DNA of 64,000 bases from Malacoraja senta (taxonomy: Eukaryota). Positions 35,801-48,729 of this stretch are shown one piece after another (positions within the stretch are counted from its first letter, which is position 1; every line of letters starts with the position of its first letter). Position numbers and translations under genes: made by a program. The notes under the pieces are model-generated. The model ran no database searches, was not told the origin of the DNA, and saw only the letters and a list, made by a program, of their open reading frames with translations. Where the stretch lies: positions 1-64,000 of the forward strand of contig CM075995.1 of the NCBI GenBank assembly GCA_038087875.1, given 5' to 3'.

Positions 35801-36205
35801 AGAGAAGAGAGAGATAGGTAGGGGTAAAGAGAAAGTGAGGGGGGTAGAGAGAGAGTGTGAGGGGGAGGGGGGGGGTAGAGAGAGAGCTAGGTAGGGGTAG
35901 AGAGAGAGGGGTAGAGAGTGAGTGAGGGCGAGAGAGATAGGTAGTGAGTGAGGGGGTAGAGAGAGCTAGGTAAGGGGTAAAGAGAGAGTGAGGGGGGTAG
36001 AGAGAGAGCTAGGTAAGGGGTAAAGAGAGAGTGAGGGGGGTAGAGAGAGTGTGAGGGGGGGGGGTAGCGAGAGAGTGTGAGGGGGGGTAGAGAGAGAGCT
36101 AGGTAGGGGTGGAGAGTGAGTGAGGGCTAAGAGAGAGAGGGGGGTAGAGAGTGAGTGAGAGGGTAGAGAGAGAGAGGTGTAGTGGGAGAGAGAATTGGAG
36201 AATGG
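35795..36205 (+). repeat. GA-rich minisatellite (ggggtagagagag..)n in DEK intron 1
   Basis: Nearly C-free + strand with repeated G4-G9 runs. Confidence 0.9.
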
Positions 36206-38064
36206 GTGAAGTAGTACTGCCGTCTCTATTCCCGCGCAGATAAGCTGATCAAGTAGCACCAACGTTGTTTGTAAACAGTGGCTCGCCACACCACCCACCT
36301 CTCCCTGCCTGTGTCCGCAGTTACTTCCTCCTGCATCCTCTTGCCATCTTTTAAGGCCGCCCTGAATTGTTACACCGATCATTTAAACAACAAAAAACAC
36401 AAGAATACGAAGCAGAGATCCAATCCCTTCCAGTCTTTTCGGCAGGATCATGGCTGTTCAAACTCGAACTTATTTTTTTCCTGCACGATCTTCAAATCCC
36501 CCGCTTCTCTTAGTAGTCAGTAATTTGTTAACCGTATATTGAATGAACATTGTTGCTGGTCCTTCACAGCCTGCCGGAGGAAATCATTCCAAAGATCAGT
36601 CATTGTTTGAGGGATTGGACACAAAGTGCTTATCAGCCTGAAGACGGATTTCGATCCAAAACATCACCTATCTATCTTCTCCAGAGCCTGACCTGCTGTG
36701 TTACTCCAGCACCTTGTGTCCTCTTTAGTGTATTAACCAGTATCTGCACTTCTTTATTTCTCTATTGTTTGAGGGATGGAATTTGTCCAAGTCCTGCACG
36801 GTCCTTCTCTGTTCTGAGGCAATCAGTAATGCATCAATCCGGAGATATTGCCTCCCTCCATCTATCCTGACCGGTCCTGTCAGAATGTCATAAGTTTCAA
36901 ACCTTGAACCTTGTCTTTGCATTCCCTCCTTGTAGGCAACTAGACCCATTCTTACTATTTTCTTCCTCTGACTCCTCTGTGCAAAGTATTCAAATTTCCC
37001 CCCATATTCTTGTATTTTTTGTCTTTGTAAATTGTTCGGAATGAAGTGTTTGAGTCTGATACTCGAGGTTAATCGGTACAATAAGTAAAACGAGCTTATT
37101 CTTCATGGAAGAGTGAGAAATTGAATTATTATAAAGCATGACATATCCCATCACCAGTCATATTGATGTTCTTAAAATTGGTAATTGGCATACTAAACAA
37201 ATATTTGGATAAAAATAACTTCCACTGCTGGCTGATTGCCCTGTTAGTATTTTAGACCATAAAACATTGGAATTGAATTAGGTCATTCAGCCCATCAAGT
37301 CTACTCTGTCATTCGATCATGGCTGATCTATATATCTTTCTCAACCCCATTCTCCTGCCTTACCCTCATAACCTAGGATGTCCTTACCAATCAAGAATCT
37401 ATTTATCTCTGCTTATAAAATACCCAAATGACTTGGTTTCCACAGCCATCTGTGGGTATGAATTCCACAGATTCACCTCTGGTTAAAGTAAGTTCTCTTC
37501 ATCTCCATTCTAAAGGTACATCCTTTAATTCTTAAACAGTGCCCTCTGGTCCTAGACTTTCCCACTTCTGGAAACATCCTCTCAACAGTCACTCTATCTA
37601 GGCTTTTCATTGTTTGGAAGGTTTCAATGAGAATCTCCCTCATCCTTCTATACTCCAACATGTACAGGTCCAAACTATTTTACCATAGCATTTTGGGCTC
37701 CTCGAGAACATAATAAATATTCTCAAGGAGCTCGGAATAACTTATTTAATCAGAGAAAGAAGCACATAATCTTGGTCACAATTAGAATTGTAGAGATTTT
37801 TTGGGATAAATATTTGCTGCAGTAAAATTTCAGAATGACAGCGAATAAGTAGGCCGGTGAAACTAATTGGAGATTTCTTTGGGGGTAAAAAGGCCACATT
37901 AACTTGATTGTCACCTGTGCAATACAGTGAAGATACAGAATGTAGTTAATTGTTGAATTGTGGTATTTCACGAGGTGTTATCCTCAGTAGAAGCCAGAAA
38001 GAGGTCCTTCAGCCCAATGTCCATTACGTCCAAGTTGTCTACCTGAGCTACTCACATTTGACTC

Positions 38065-38592
38065 TGTTTGGCCACGTCACAACAGGTCCATAGCAGACGG
38101 CATCCCGCTGACCCTAAACTCGTATCCAGAACAGGTAGACACCAAGGGTACCTATTATCTTCTATTAGATACCTATTTATCCATTATAGCTCTCCCTTGA
38201 ACACCATAGTCCCATCCAATCTCTTGGACCTAGGAATTAGCTCCCCTTCCCTGCCACTGGATCCTCTACTTTCTGACCCACAGACTGCAATGTGAGGAAA
38301 GGTGATAACACCTTCTCCACAATAATTCTCAACACTAGAGCCCACAAGGATGTGATCTCAGTCCACTACTATACTCCTGTACAGCTAAATTTTGCTATAA
38401 TTCAATCTACAATTCTGCAGATGACACCACTGTGGTGGGCTGAATCACAAACAGTGATGAAACTGAGTTCAGGAAGGAGGCAGAGAAATTGGTGACATGG
38501 TGCCAGGACAATATCCCTCCCTCTCAATGTCAGCAAGACGAAAGAGCTATTGATGAAATATTTTGTAACTGGTGGTTTCCAGTCCATCAGAT

Positions 38593-38626
<34 letters not shown>

Positions 38627-39365
38627 GAGATATTATTAGTCATGTTTTTGGCTAGTTATGTTAAGAAAATTGAAGATCCAGTAACTGACATTCTTTCTGA
38701 GTAAATACATCAGGAAGTATGGTGGAGTACTTGTCTCAATCAGCATCAATGGTGCCAATGTGGAAGTGGTTGAGAGCTTCAAGGCTTGGGACATTCGGCA
38801 TGTCCCCAACAACTCTTGCCAACTTCTACATGTGGGCTGTAGAAAGCATTTTATCGGGATGCATCACAGCAACCAGGAGTGCGAGAAATTGAAGACAATT
38901 GTGGACACAGACCATACCATCATGCAAACTAACCTCCCTTCTATTGACTCCATCTACACTTCATGGTTCTTCCGCAAAGCCACCAGCATAATCAAGGACA
39001 AGTCTCACCCCAGACACTCCTGCTTCTCTCCTCTCCCATCAGGCAAGAGGTACAGAAGTGTGAAAACGTATACCTCCAAATTCAGGGACAGTTTCTTCAC
39101 AGTGGTTATCGGCCAACTGAACCAGCCTATCACCAACTAGAGTGCAATCCAAACCTACCATCTACCTCATTGGTGACCCTAGGGATTATTTTTAATTGCA
39201 TTTTACTGGACTTTATCTTGCACTCTGCATTATTCCCTTTATCTGCACTGTGGAGGGCTTGATTGGAATCATGCATAGTATTTCTGCTGATTGGATAGCA
39301 CGCAACAAAAAAGCTTTTCACAGTACCTCGGTAAATATGAAAATAAACTAAACTAACAAACCTAA
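38065..39365 (+). mobile_element. Degenerate Rex1/Babar LINE
   Basis: LPSIDSIY..SIIKD.SHP.H..FSPLPSGKRYRS..FRDSFF; (ctaaa)n tail. Confidence 0.8.
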
Positions 39366-39782
39366 ACATAGCCCTCCAAATCTTTCCTATCCACGTACCT
39401 GTCTAAATGTCTGTTAAACATTGCACGGTAGCTGCCTCTGCAGCTTCCCTGGTAGCTCTTTCCATATATCCACCACCTTTATTGTGTGAGAGAGAAAAAA
39501 TTGCCCATCTGGCCCCTTTTAAATGTCTCAACCTGCCCACCTTGAACATGTACTATCTAATTTTAGACTTCACTACCTTGGAGAAAAGACTGACCTTTTT
39601 CAGAGGTTTTGCTTGTTGTAAATTTGCGAAGAGCTATTGATGAAATATTTTGTGACTGGTGATTTCCAGTCCATCAGATACAATATATATACTTTGAGAT
39701 ATTATTAGTCATGTTTTTGGCTCGTTATGTTTATTAAGAAAATTGAAGATCCAGTAACATTGACATTCTTTCTGAGTAAATA

Positions 39783-40190
39783 GTCAAGTCGTCACATTTA
39801 TTTATATAGCACATTTAAAAACGACTCTCGTTGACCAAAGTGCTTTACATTTGTTATAAGAATAATATACACAAGCAAACTACATACATATATACAAATA
39901 GCCCTCGCTCGGAGGACGTCAGGAAAGGCTTGCGAGAACAGATACGTTTTTAGTCTAGACTTAAAGGAGTCGATGGAGGGGGCAGTTCTGATGGGGAGGG
40001 GGATGCTGTTCCACAGTCTAGGAGCTGCAACCGCAAAGGCGCGGTCGCCCCTGAGCTTATGCCTAGACTGCAGGACATTCAGCAACCCCAAGTCGGCCGA
40101 TCTGAGGGATCTGGAGGTGGTGTAGTGAGGGACCTGGTGGTGGTGTAAGACTTTTAATGTAGGTGGGTGCAAGCCCATTGAGGGCTTTGT
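39783..40190 (-). mobile_element. L2 LINE 3' end
   Basis: RSLRSAD..GDRAFAVAAPRLWNSIP..FKSRLKTYLF; gactt tail. Confidence 0.88.
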
Positions 40191-41096
40191 AGACAAAGGT
40201 AGACACAAAATGCTGGAGTAACTCAGCGGGTCAGGCAGCATCTCTGGAGAGAAGGAATGGGTGACGCTTCGGGTCGAGACCCTTCTTCAGACGTTCTTTA
40301 AACTTGACCTGTAAGATTAGATCCTTAGCCCAAATTGTAAGGAGTGCAGATCTACTAAGGAGACAAAATGACTAAATGTTTTTTTAAATCTGTGTTTTAT
40401 AACAGCACTAACCACTTAATTAATTAATACAAACTGATGATTAATGCTGTTTTGAAGGAAATTCTTGTTATAGCATCTTTTGCAACATAAAATTCCAAAG
40501 CACTTAAAGCATTTAAGTTTGAACTGTAGGAGCTCAGCAGGCAATTTCTGCACAGTGAGGTTCCACAAACAGCAATAAGATAATTACCAATATTTCCTGG
40601 AGGCATGACTAGTGATCAAGGCACGAGAACTTTCCTGTGTTTCTTGGGAATGGTACTTGTTTTTTGCAGCCACCTGCAATTGGAATTGTTTGAAGCAAAT
40701 AAAGACAATGTGTTGCAAGTGCACAACAATGCCTGACAAAAAGCAGAATTAACACTTCGGTTGATGACATTTCATCAGAACTAAAACTTAAAATGTGTTT
40801 AATTTCTGTATTGCAGAGATGGCAGGGGGTGCAGAGAAGAAAAAGAATATCAGTGTTAGAGATCGAGAGACTGCACACAGTTGTTTGAGTGCTGATTGAG
40901 AGCAGGTGGTAAATACAAAATAATCACGGTTGATCTGACAGGAGGAAATAAAAATAAGATCTTGAGTTAGATTTTTTTTTAAAGCAGATATTGATTCAAT
41001 CTGAATGCACTTTTATTAAAATGCTCATATCATCTACCTAACTAATGTGTATTAATTTGAAATTGGTAGATATCCTGTCCACACGTGTATGCAAAG

Positions 41097-41217
41097 ATGG
41101 GTACGCCTGAGAAAGCAAAGAAGGCTGAAGCAACAAAGAAGAGAAATAAGCCTGACAAGTCTTCCACAAAAATAGAAGAAAAATTGGAAAGTGAAGAGGA
41201 GGAGGAGGAGGAGAGAG
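41097..41217 (+). CDS. DEK: DEK coding exon 1 (MGTPEK...ESEEEEEEER)
   Basis: ATG in aagATGg context, acidic tract, phase-1 donor gtaaag; probable acceptor at 41068-41069. Confidence 0.85.
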
Positions 41218-41507
41218 GTAAAGTACAAATAATTTAAGACATCTTAAGTCAAACATTTTTTTTTTTTAAAGGCACAAAGTGCCAGAGCACGTCAGTGGGT
41301 CAAGCAGCATCCCTGGAGAACATGCATAAGTGATGTTGACTGAAGAAGTAACGACGGAGGCTGAAGAAGGGTGCCGACCCAAAACATCGCATATTCTCCA
41401 GGGATGCTGCCTGACCCGCTGAGTTGCCCCGTCATTTTGTGTCTTTCCTTGGTAACGCCTGGATCTTTGTTTCATCATTTATAAAAATATAATTTTTAAT
41501 GTTATAG

Positions 41508-41621
41508 TTGGATTGCTGGAAAGAAGCCCGATTGTAGAGGGAAAAAGGGAAAAGAAAAAGGTGGAAAGACTGACTTTACAAGTGACACCATCTGCAAAAG
41601 AGACATTTAGTGTTCCTGAAG
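41508..41621 (+). CDS. DEK: DEK coding exon 2
   Basis: IVEGKREKKKVERLT matches vertebrate DEK; ag/gt boundaries, phase 1 to 1. Confidence 0.95.
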
Positions 41622-42268
41622 GTAAACATATCAGTTTAGTAATTTATAGTTGCTAATATTTTAATGTTATAATGGATTTATCTTTTCTATGAGGAAACCA
41701 GGAAAATGAAGAACCGGAGTGGTTTGAATCAATTCCTTAGAATTCATAATGGATTATGGTCTGTGGAAGGAACAAGGATGATTTACTTTCAAATGTTGTC
41801 ACTGGGTAAAGCATGTGCCATGCCATAAGGAGACTACAATATTCCATAATATTTTGATTGTTAAAAATTGAATTTTAAAGGAAAAAAAGTTGATGTACAA
41901 TAATGCCAAACACATACTTTTAAGTATCTGAGGAAACAATGTATCATGAAAGCCACCAGTTTAGATCGAAGGCAGACACAAAATGGAAGGTAGACACTCA
42001 CTGAAGAAGGTAGACTTCTTCAGTCTGAAGAAGTGGCTCGACCCGAAAGGTCTCCCGTTCCTTCTCTCCAGAGATGCAGCCTGTTACTCCAGCATTTTGT
42101 GTCCACCTTCGATTTAAACCAGCATCTGCAGTTCTTTCTTACACGCGTAATGAGCATGTTGTACAACCAAATGTGGTACAAATCCCAAACTGAGCCACAT
42201 ACAGTGTTCATGTAAGCATTTCAAGAGGAGTTATTGGATAGCATAAAAAGGATCCCCCATGATATTTA

Positions 42269-43106
42269 AATGGAATTCAGTGAACAATGTGGGAGCAGCT
42301 AGATGATCTCGAATTTGCAGACGACATAGCTCTCCTTTCACACACATACAGATACAAATGCAGGAGAAGACGGACAGACTCTCACAAGCTGCAACAAAAC
42401 TTGGTCTTACACCCAATACAGCAAAGACACAGGTGATGAGGATCCACTCCAAAACCAGCAACCCTATCCTTATGCACAGCACTGCTCTAGAGGAGGTAAA
42501 AACATTCACATACCTAGGCAGTGTTGTGGACATCACCGGAGGGGCAGAGGCAGACATAAAAAGTAGAATCAATAAGGCTAGGGTGGTGTTTAACATGCTC
42601 AGGAAGATCTGGAACTCAAAACACATCTCAATCAACACCAAAATATGCATCTTTAACTCAAATGTGGAACAGGTGATGCTGTATGGATCAGAAACATGGA
42701 AAACATCAAAACACACAACAAACAGGCTGCAAACATTCATTAATACCTGCCTTAGGAGAATACTTAACATCTGGTGGAGAGACAAAGTAAGCAATCTGTG
42801 GAAAAGAACAAGACAGGAGCCCATTGACTTACAAATTCGAAGGAGAAAATGGAGTTGGATTGGACACACCCTCAGGAAACCTGCCACAAACATCACCCCG
42901 GCAAGCCCTGAAATGGAAACCCCAAGAAAAAGGAAAATAAGTCGCCACAGGAACAGCTGGAGAAGAGGTGGCCAGACAGAGATGTCTGAGAGTGGGCTCA
43001 ACTGGGCAGATCTCGAAAGAACTGCCAACAACCGAGTGAGGTAGAGGATGTTTGTTAATGGCCTATGTACGCTCCCCAGAGGAGCAAAGGATTTAAGAAG
43101 AAGAAG
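42269..43106 (+). mobile_element. RTE LINE 3' part, same family as 24584-26536, with 8-bp TSD
   Basis: TSD gatattta at 42261-42268 and 43107-43114; 228-aa ORF; (aag)n tail. Confidence 0.92.
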
Positions 43107-43450
43107 GATATTTATTTCCCCTTCATTCTCCTGATACTTTGTGGTATTTTGCTAACAATATACTAAGTTGGTTAGACAAAATACTGGAACGATGTTTATG
43201 TGGAAGATGGACCCGTTCTGTGGTATAAATCCAATTCAATTTTATTTTTGCAGCAGCCTTGCTATCAGATTATTATCTAACTCAGCAAACATTGGCAGTT
43301 TCACATTTTTGAAATTAAAGACCAAAATTCTCTTTAACTTAACCAGTTGAGGTATTTTAAATTAAAAAAAAAAGTCTTGATTGGATAACAGCTATGCTAA
43401 TGGAAATTGTCTGAGCAGCAATGATTGATTTTTGATTTTGTATCGATTAG

Positions 43451-43560
43451 GTAGAGGCACAAGGCTGGGAGAAATTGAAAGGATACAGTATTTCATGAGC
43501 AAAACTAAGGCTGAAGATCTCAAAACTCTGCACAAAATCTTATACAATAGGCCAGGTTCG
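43451..43560 (+). CDS. DEK: DEK coding exon 3 (pseudo-SAP region)
   Basis: GRGTRLGEIERIQYFMSKTKAEDLKTLHKILYNRPGS; ag/gtaagc boundaries. Confidence 0.95.
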
Positions 43561-44169
43561 GTAAGCTGACTGACTGATCATTTTAAGTACTTCAACAGTC
43601 TGTTTCTATGCTGTATGATTTTAGCATTTGGAAAAATATATATATAGCTTATTTAATTCTGTGGAGAATCCCCGCTTCATTTTTTTTTTGATTTGGAACC
43701 AAATTGATACACAGCAATTGCACAAGACAAACCATTTTTAATTTGTGGGTGAAAATTTCTGATGATTGTAAAGGGATGCATTCCTTTGACTATGATATTA
43801 CCATTGACGCAGTCTGCTCCATGCATAAAGACTGGCGAATACTCACAACAGTGCTTTTTTTGGTTAATCCTCTCCTAATTCCATGAGGTTAAAGATAGTG
43901 CAAATAGAATACAATGGAGAATATATATATTTAATGTGTAGATTAGCAACTCATTAATTAAATGCAAATACTTAAATCCGGTGCTTTTTTTTTTCGTGTC
44001 AGTGCCCCTCTTAAAAAGTTAAACAATTATTTTGTTATCCAGCCACGTGACACGTTTATTAATCATCTGTATCAGACCTTTTGAGTACAAAAAGGTACTG
44101 CTTGCATGTAAAAGTTAATTACAGTGGGGATGTGTTATGCCTTTTTTCTACTGTAATCTCGAGTAATGG

Positions 44170-45800
44170 AGTCATACAGCACAGAAGCAGGTTTCAACCC
44201 AACTTATCCATGCTGACCAAGATGCCACATCTAAACAAGTACCAATTGCATGTGTGTGTTCCATGTCCCTCAAATCCTTTCCTATCCATGTACCTGTCCA
44301 CGTGTCTTTTAAATGGCATTATAGTACCTGCCTCAACTATTTCCTCTGTCAGCTTGTTCCATAATACCCATCACCCTCAGAGAAAAAGTTGCCTCTCGTT
44401 CCTATTAAATCTTTACCCTTTCACCTTACACCTTTGCCTTCTGGTTCTTGATTCTCCTATCCTGGGTAAAAGACTCTGCATTCACCCTAAATATTCCTCT
44501 CATGATTTTGTACACCTCTATAAGATCACCCGTCAGCCATCTGCGCTACAAGGAGAAATGTCCTGTCCAGCCCAACCTCTCCATATAGCTCAGGCCTTCA
44601 AGTGCTGGCAACGTCCTCTTAAATCTTTGCTGCACTCTTTCCAGCTTAATGACATCCTTCCTATAGCAGGGCGACTAATATTACAAAACTCCAAATTATG
44701 CCGCATCAATGTGTTGTACAACTGTAACATAACATACCAACTTCTATACTCAATGACTGATGAATGCCGATATACCAAAAGCCACTTTATCCACCCTATC
44801 TACCTGTGATGCCACTTTCAAGGAAAAGTATACCTGTACTCCTTCATCCTCTGCAACACTCCCCAGGGCTCTACCATTCACCTTGAAGATCCAGCCCAGG
44901 GTTGTCTTCCCAAAATGGAACATCTCACAATTATCAGTATTAAACTCCATTCGCCATCTCAACCCACTTGCCCAGCTGATCAAGCACCTGGTTTAATTTT
45001 TTATAACAATCTTCACTGTCTACGATACTACCCACTTTAGTGTCATCTGTAAACTTACAAATCGTGCCTTGTATGTTCTCATCCAAGTTGTTGATATAAA
45101 CCACAAACAGCAATCGATCTCTGAGGGACACCACTCGTGACAGGCCTTTGCCCTCATCAACCTTTTTGGTTCCTACCAAATCAGATTCATAAGGCACAGT
45201 ATCCCATGGAGAAAACAATGCCGACTATCCCTAGCTGTGCTGTTTATCAAAATGCTTACCCTATCTTTTCCCTTAGAATTCTCTCCAGTAACTTGCCTAC
45301 TACAGCTGTTAGGCTCACGGGTCTATAGTTAGCAGGCTTTTCCATACAGCCCTTCTTAAATAGAGGCATAACGTTAGTCACCCTCCAGTCATCTGGCATA
45401 TCATCAGTGTCTAGTGATCATTCATATATCTCAACCAGGGCTCTTGCAATCTCTTCTCTAGCTTTCCACAGTGTCCTCGGATTTATCTGATCAAGCCTGG
45501 AGATTTATCTACCTTCATATACCTTAGGACTTCCAACATATCCTTGACCATAATACAGACTGTCCTCAAGCGATATCTGTTAATTATTCCAAGTTCTTCA
45601 TTCTTGACTTTTTCCCATAGTAAAACCAGAGATTAACTTGTTGAGGACCTTGCCCATCTCTTGTGTCACCACACAGATGACTGCTTTGGTTTCTGGGAGG
45701 TCCTTTCTTCCATTCTAATTGCCCTCTTTCCCTTAATGACGTCTCTTTGGATTCTCCTCAACATTATCTGCCAGAGCTATCCTGCTCCTTTTTGCCCTAA
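44170..45800 (-). mobile_element. Degenerate CR1 LINE
   Basis: FTDDTKVG, WRMEFN, CR1 3' end. Confidence 0.8.
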
Positions 45801-45859
45801 TGTTCAGAAAGTTGCTTTAAATAAACTTTTCATGTTTTTTTGTAATTGATGCGTTTTAG

Positions 45860-45954
45860 GTTCCCACATTAAAGAGAAACATTCGTCTCTTCACTGGGTT
45901 CTCCTTTGAAATTGGCAGTGATCAACACAAGAAAAAAGAAGAGGTACTGAAAAA
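45860..45954 (+). CDS. DEK: DEK coding exon 4
   Basis: VPTLKRNIRLFTGFSFEIGSDQHKKKEEVLK; ag/gtgagt boundaries. Confidence 0.95.
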
Positions 45955-46292
45955 GTGAGTAACCAATTAGTTAATTTTACCTTTGCATTCAAAATAAAAT
46001 TCTATTGGGTATAAATGTTTGAAAACATGCTGTCACGTCAATGTCGGAATATAATTAGCATTAGTTGAATGTGCACTTGGTGTGAATTATATTTGCTGTT
46101 TGTGTGAAAAGATATATATTAAAATAAATAGTTTTTTGAAGGTTAAACTGTTGGTGAGAAGCATCCTCTGGTCTTAAAAGAAGGGACTGATAGGATGGTT
46201 GATGTATTAGTTTTACTTTCCAAAATTTCCTAGATTTGGGGAAGATTTAATCAAATTTAAAAAAAGCAAATTCAATTATTCAGGGAAAGGAG

Positions 46293-48240
46293 ATAATAAT
46301 AATAATAATAATAACTTTATTTATAGAGCACTTTAAAAACAACCACCGTTGCAACAAAGTGCTGTACATGACCAATCACAAACATAAAACAAAACAACAA
46401 AAACATTAAAAGACAGTAAAAATGATTAAAAAAAACACTAAAACAGGAGCAAAGTCTCATGCAGGGTCAAAAGCCAAGGAATAGAAAAGGGTTTTAAGGC
46501 TAGTTTTGAAAATGGACACTGAAGTGGCCTGTCTAATGTTCAAAGGTAGAGAGTTCCATAATGTCGGAGCAACAACAGAGAAGGCTCTATCCCCTCTGAG
46601 CTTCCACTTAGACCTCGGTACCTCCAGGAGCAGCTGATCAGCTGACCTGAGGCACCGAGCAGGAGCGTAGGGATGAAGCAGCTCAGAGAGGTAAGGCGGG
46701 GCGAGACCATTTAAAGATTTAAAAGCAAATAAAAGAATCTTAAAACGAACTCTAAAGTACACAGGCAGCCAGTGGAGGGAGGCCAGAATAGGCGTTATGT
46801 GCTCCCTCTTACGTGTTCCAGTTAAAAGGCGAGCAGCAGCATTCTGAACCAACTGGAGACGTGCAAGGGATGATTGGCTAACTCCAAAATAAAGTGCGTT
46901 ACAGTAATCCAGCCGAGACGTGATGAAGGCATGGATTACTGTTTCAAAATGCTGTCGTTCAAGAATGGGCTTCACCTTTGCCAGCTGCCTTAAATAAAAG
47001 AAGCTGGACTTAACTACCGCGCCTATTTGACGATCTAATTTAAAATCACTGTCCATCTTAAAACCCAAGTTCAAAACTGTTGGCTTCACATACAGTGCCA
47101 AGGGACCCAAGTCAACAGGGGGAGTTCACAGGGGCCATTGGGACCAAACACTATCACTTCTGTTTTCTTTTCATTGAAATTTAAAAAGTTTAGGGCCATC
47201 CAGGATTTAATGTCATCAAGACATAACAGAAGTGGTTTGACTGAGAAAGCATCTTTCTTCTTCAGCAGAACATAGATCTGACTATCATCAGCATAACAAT
47301 GAAAAGAAATGCCATGCTTTCTAAGAATGGAACCCAGAGGAAGTAAGTACAATGAGAAAAGCAGGGGCCCTAAAATTGAGCCCTGTGGAACCCCATATGA
47401 CAGAGGAGCGGAGGAGGATTCAAAACCAGCAAGGCTTACACACATAGTTCTGTCTGCCAGATAAGATCTGAACCATTCCAGGGCACTACCACAAATGCCC
47501 ACTAGGTGCCTTAACCGAGTTACTAAAATATCATGATCCACTGTATCAAAGGCAGCAGATAGGTCCAGCAGGACAAGATTCACATAATCACCAGAATCAT
47601 TAGCTAGGAGGATGTCATTAAAGACCCTTAGCAATGCTGACTCTGTGCTATGCATAGTTTTAAACCCAGACTGGAAAACCTCCCGAATATTATGCTCGTC
47701 CAAGAAAAGTTTTAACTGAGCGTAAACAACTTTCTCCAAGATTTTAGAAATAAAAGGCAACTTGGAGATGGGCTTAAAATTGGCCAATACAGTTTGATCC
47801 AGGCCAGGTTTCTTAAGCAGGGGTTGCACTACTGCACGTTTAAAACTTACGGGGACAACTCCAAAACACAAACTGCTGTTAATAATGGCAAGAACCGACT
47901 GCCCTATACTGGGGAAACCCTCTTTAAAAAGATGAGGAGGGACAGCATCACAAGGGGAACCTGATGGCTTAATATGGCTAACCACATCCTCTAAAAGGGA
48001 CAATGTCACAGGCACAAACTTATCAAATACCACCAAGCATGGGACAGAATCAGAGGGGTCAGAGGCAGGAGCTGAAATGAAAGCCCTTATGGTAACAACC
48101 TTATCAATGAAAAAGTGCAGGAAGTCATTGCACATTTCGGAGGATGCTTCCAAACAGACAGGCTGTGGGGCATTAAGAACAGAGGCAATGGTTTTAAATA
48201 ACACACGTAGGTTATGACGATTAGATAAAGCCGGACTAAA
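46293..48240 (-). mobile_element. L2 LINE, 5'-truncated, young (RT open apart from one frameshift)
   Basis: LLKKPGLD, FQSGFK..HSTESAL, LLDLSAAFDTVDH, GVPQGSILGP, YADD, SRLDYCN, HITPIL; (TTA)n tail. Confidence 0.93.
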
Positions 48241-48729
48241 ATCCAATTAATTTAATATCTGCCATGGAAAATATTGGAAGTTCTAAAAAATATGACAGCA
48301 GGTCACATAACAAATCATGGTAATCGGTCACCATGCTTTATTTTTAAAGGGAAATCCTGTTTGATCAATTCTTTGCCAAAGTGGTTTGTGGAAAAAGCAG
48401 TCAGTAGATGAACTATAATTTCCAGAAGGCCTGGAATGTGAGCCAGGGTTAGGGGTTATCCAGTGGACTACCAGGGAGTGTGGCTAGAGTCAGGAATCCG
48501 GAGTGTGTCTCCATACACGAGTCAAGTGTGTGGCCAGAGCCAAAGTTAAGGAATGAATACCAAGGATCAGGAATGTGGCTGGGTTTGCAGCTGAAGCTGT
48601 CTCTTTCCTGCTCAATTTCTACTAGCTTGATTTGCAGGTAAATTTATGCTAGGTAATGTGCAAGAAAATTTAAGTAAATCTTTATCCCAGCACCAACAAC
48701 ATCCCAAGCAGATTATATTGGAACTTTGA

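Noticed and set aside
34938..35817. Several 65-164 aa ORFs over the CpG island
   Set aside because: Pro/Ala/Arg-rich products expected from GC-rich DNA that lacks stop codons; no recognisable domain.
35966..36382. 138-aa Ser/Leu/Pro-rich ORF
   Set aside because: It is a translation of the GA minisatellite.
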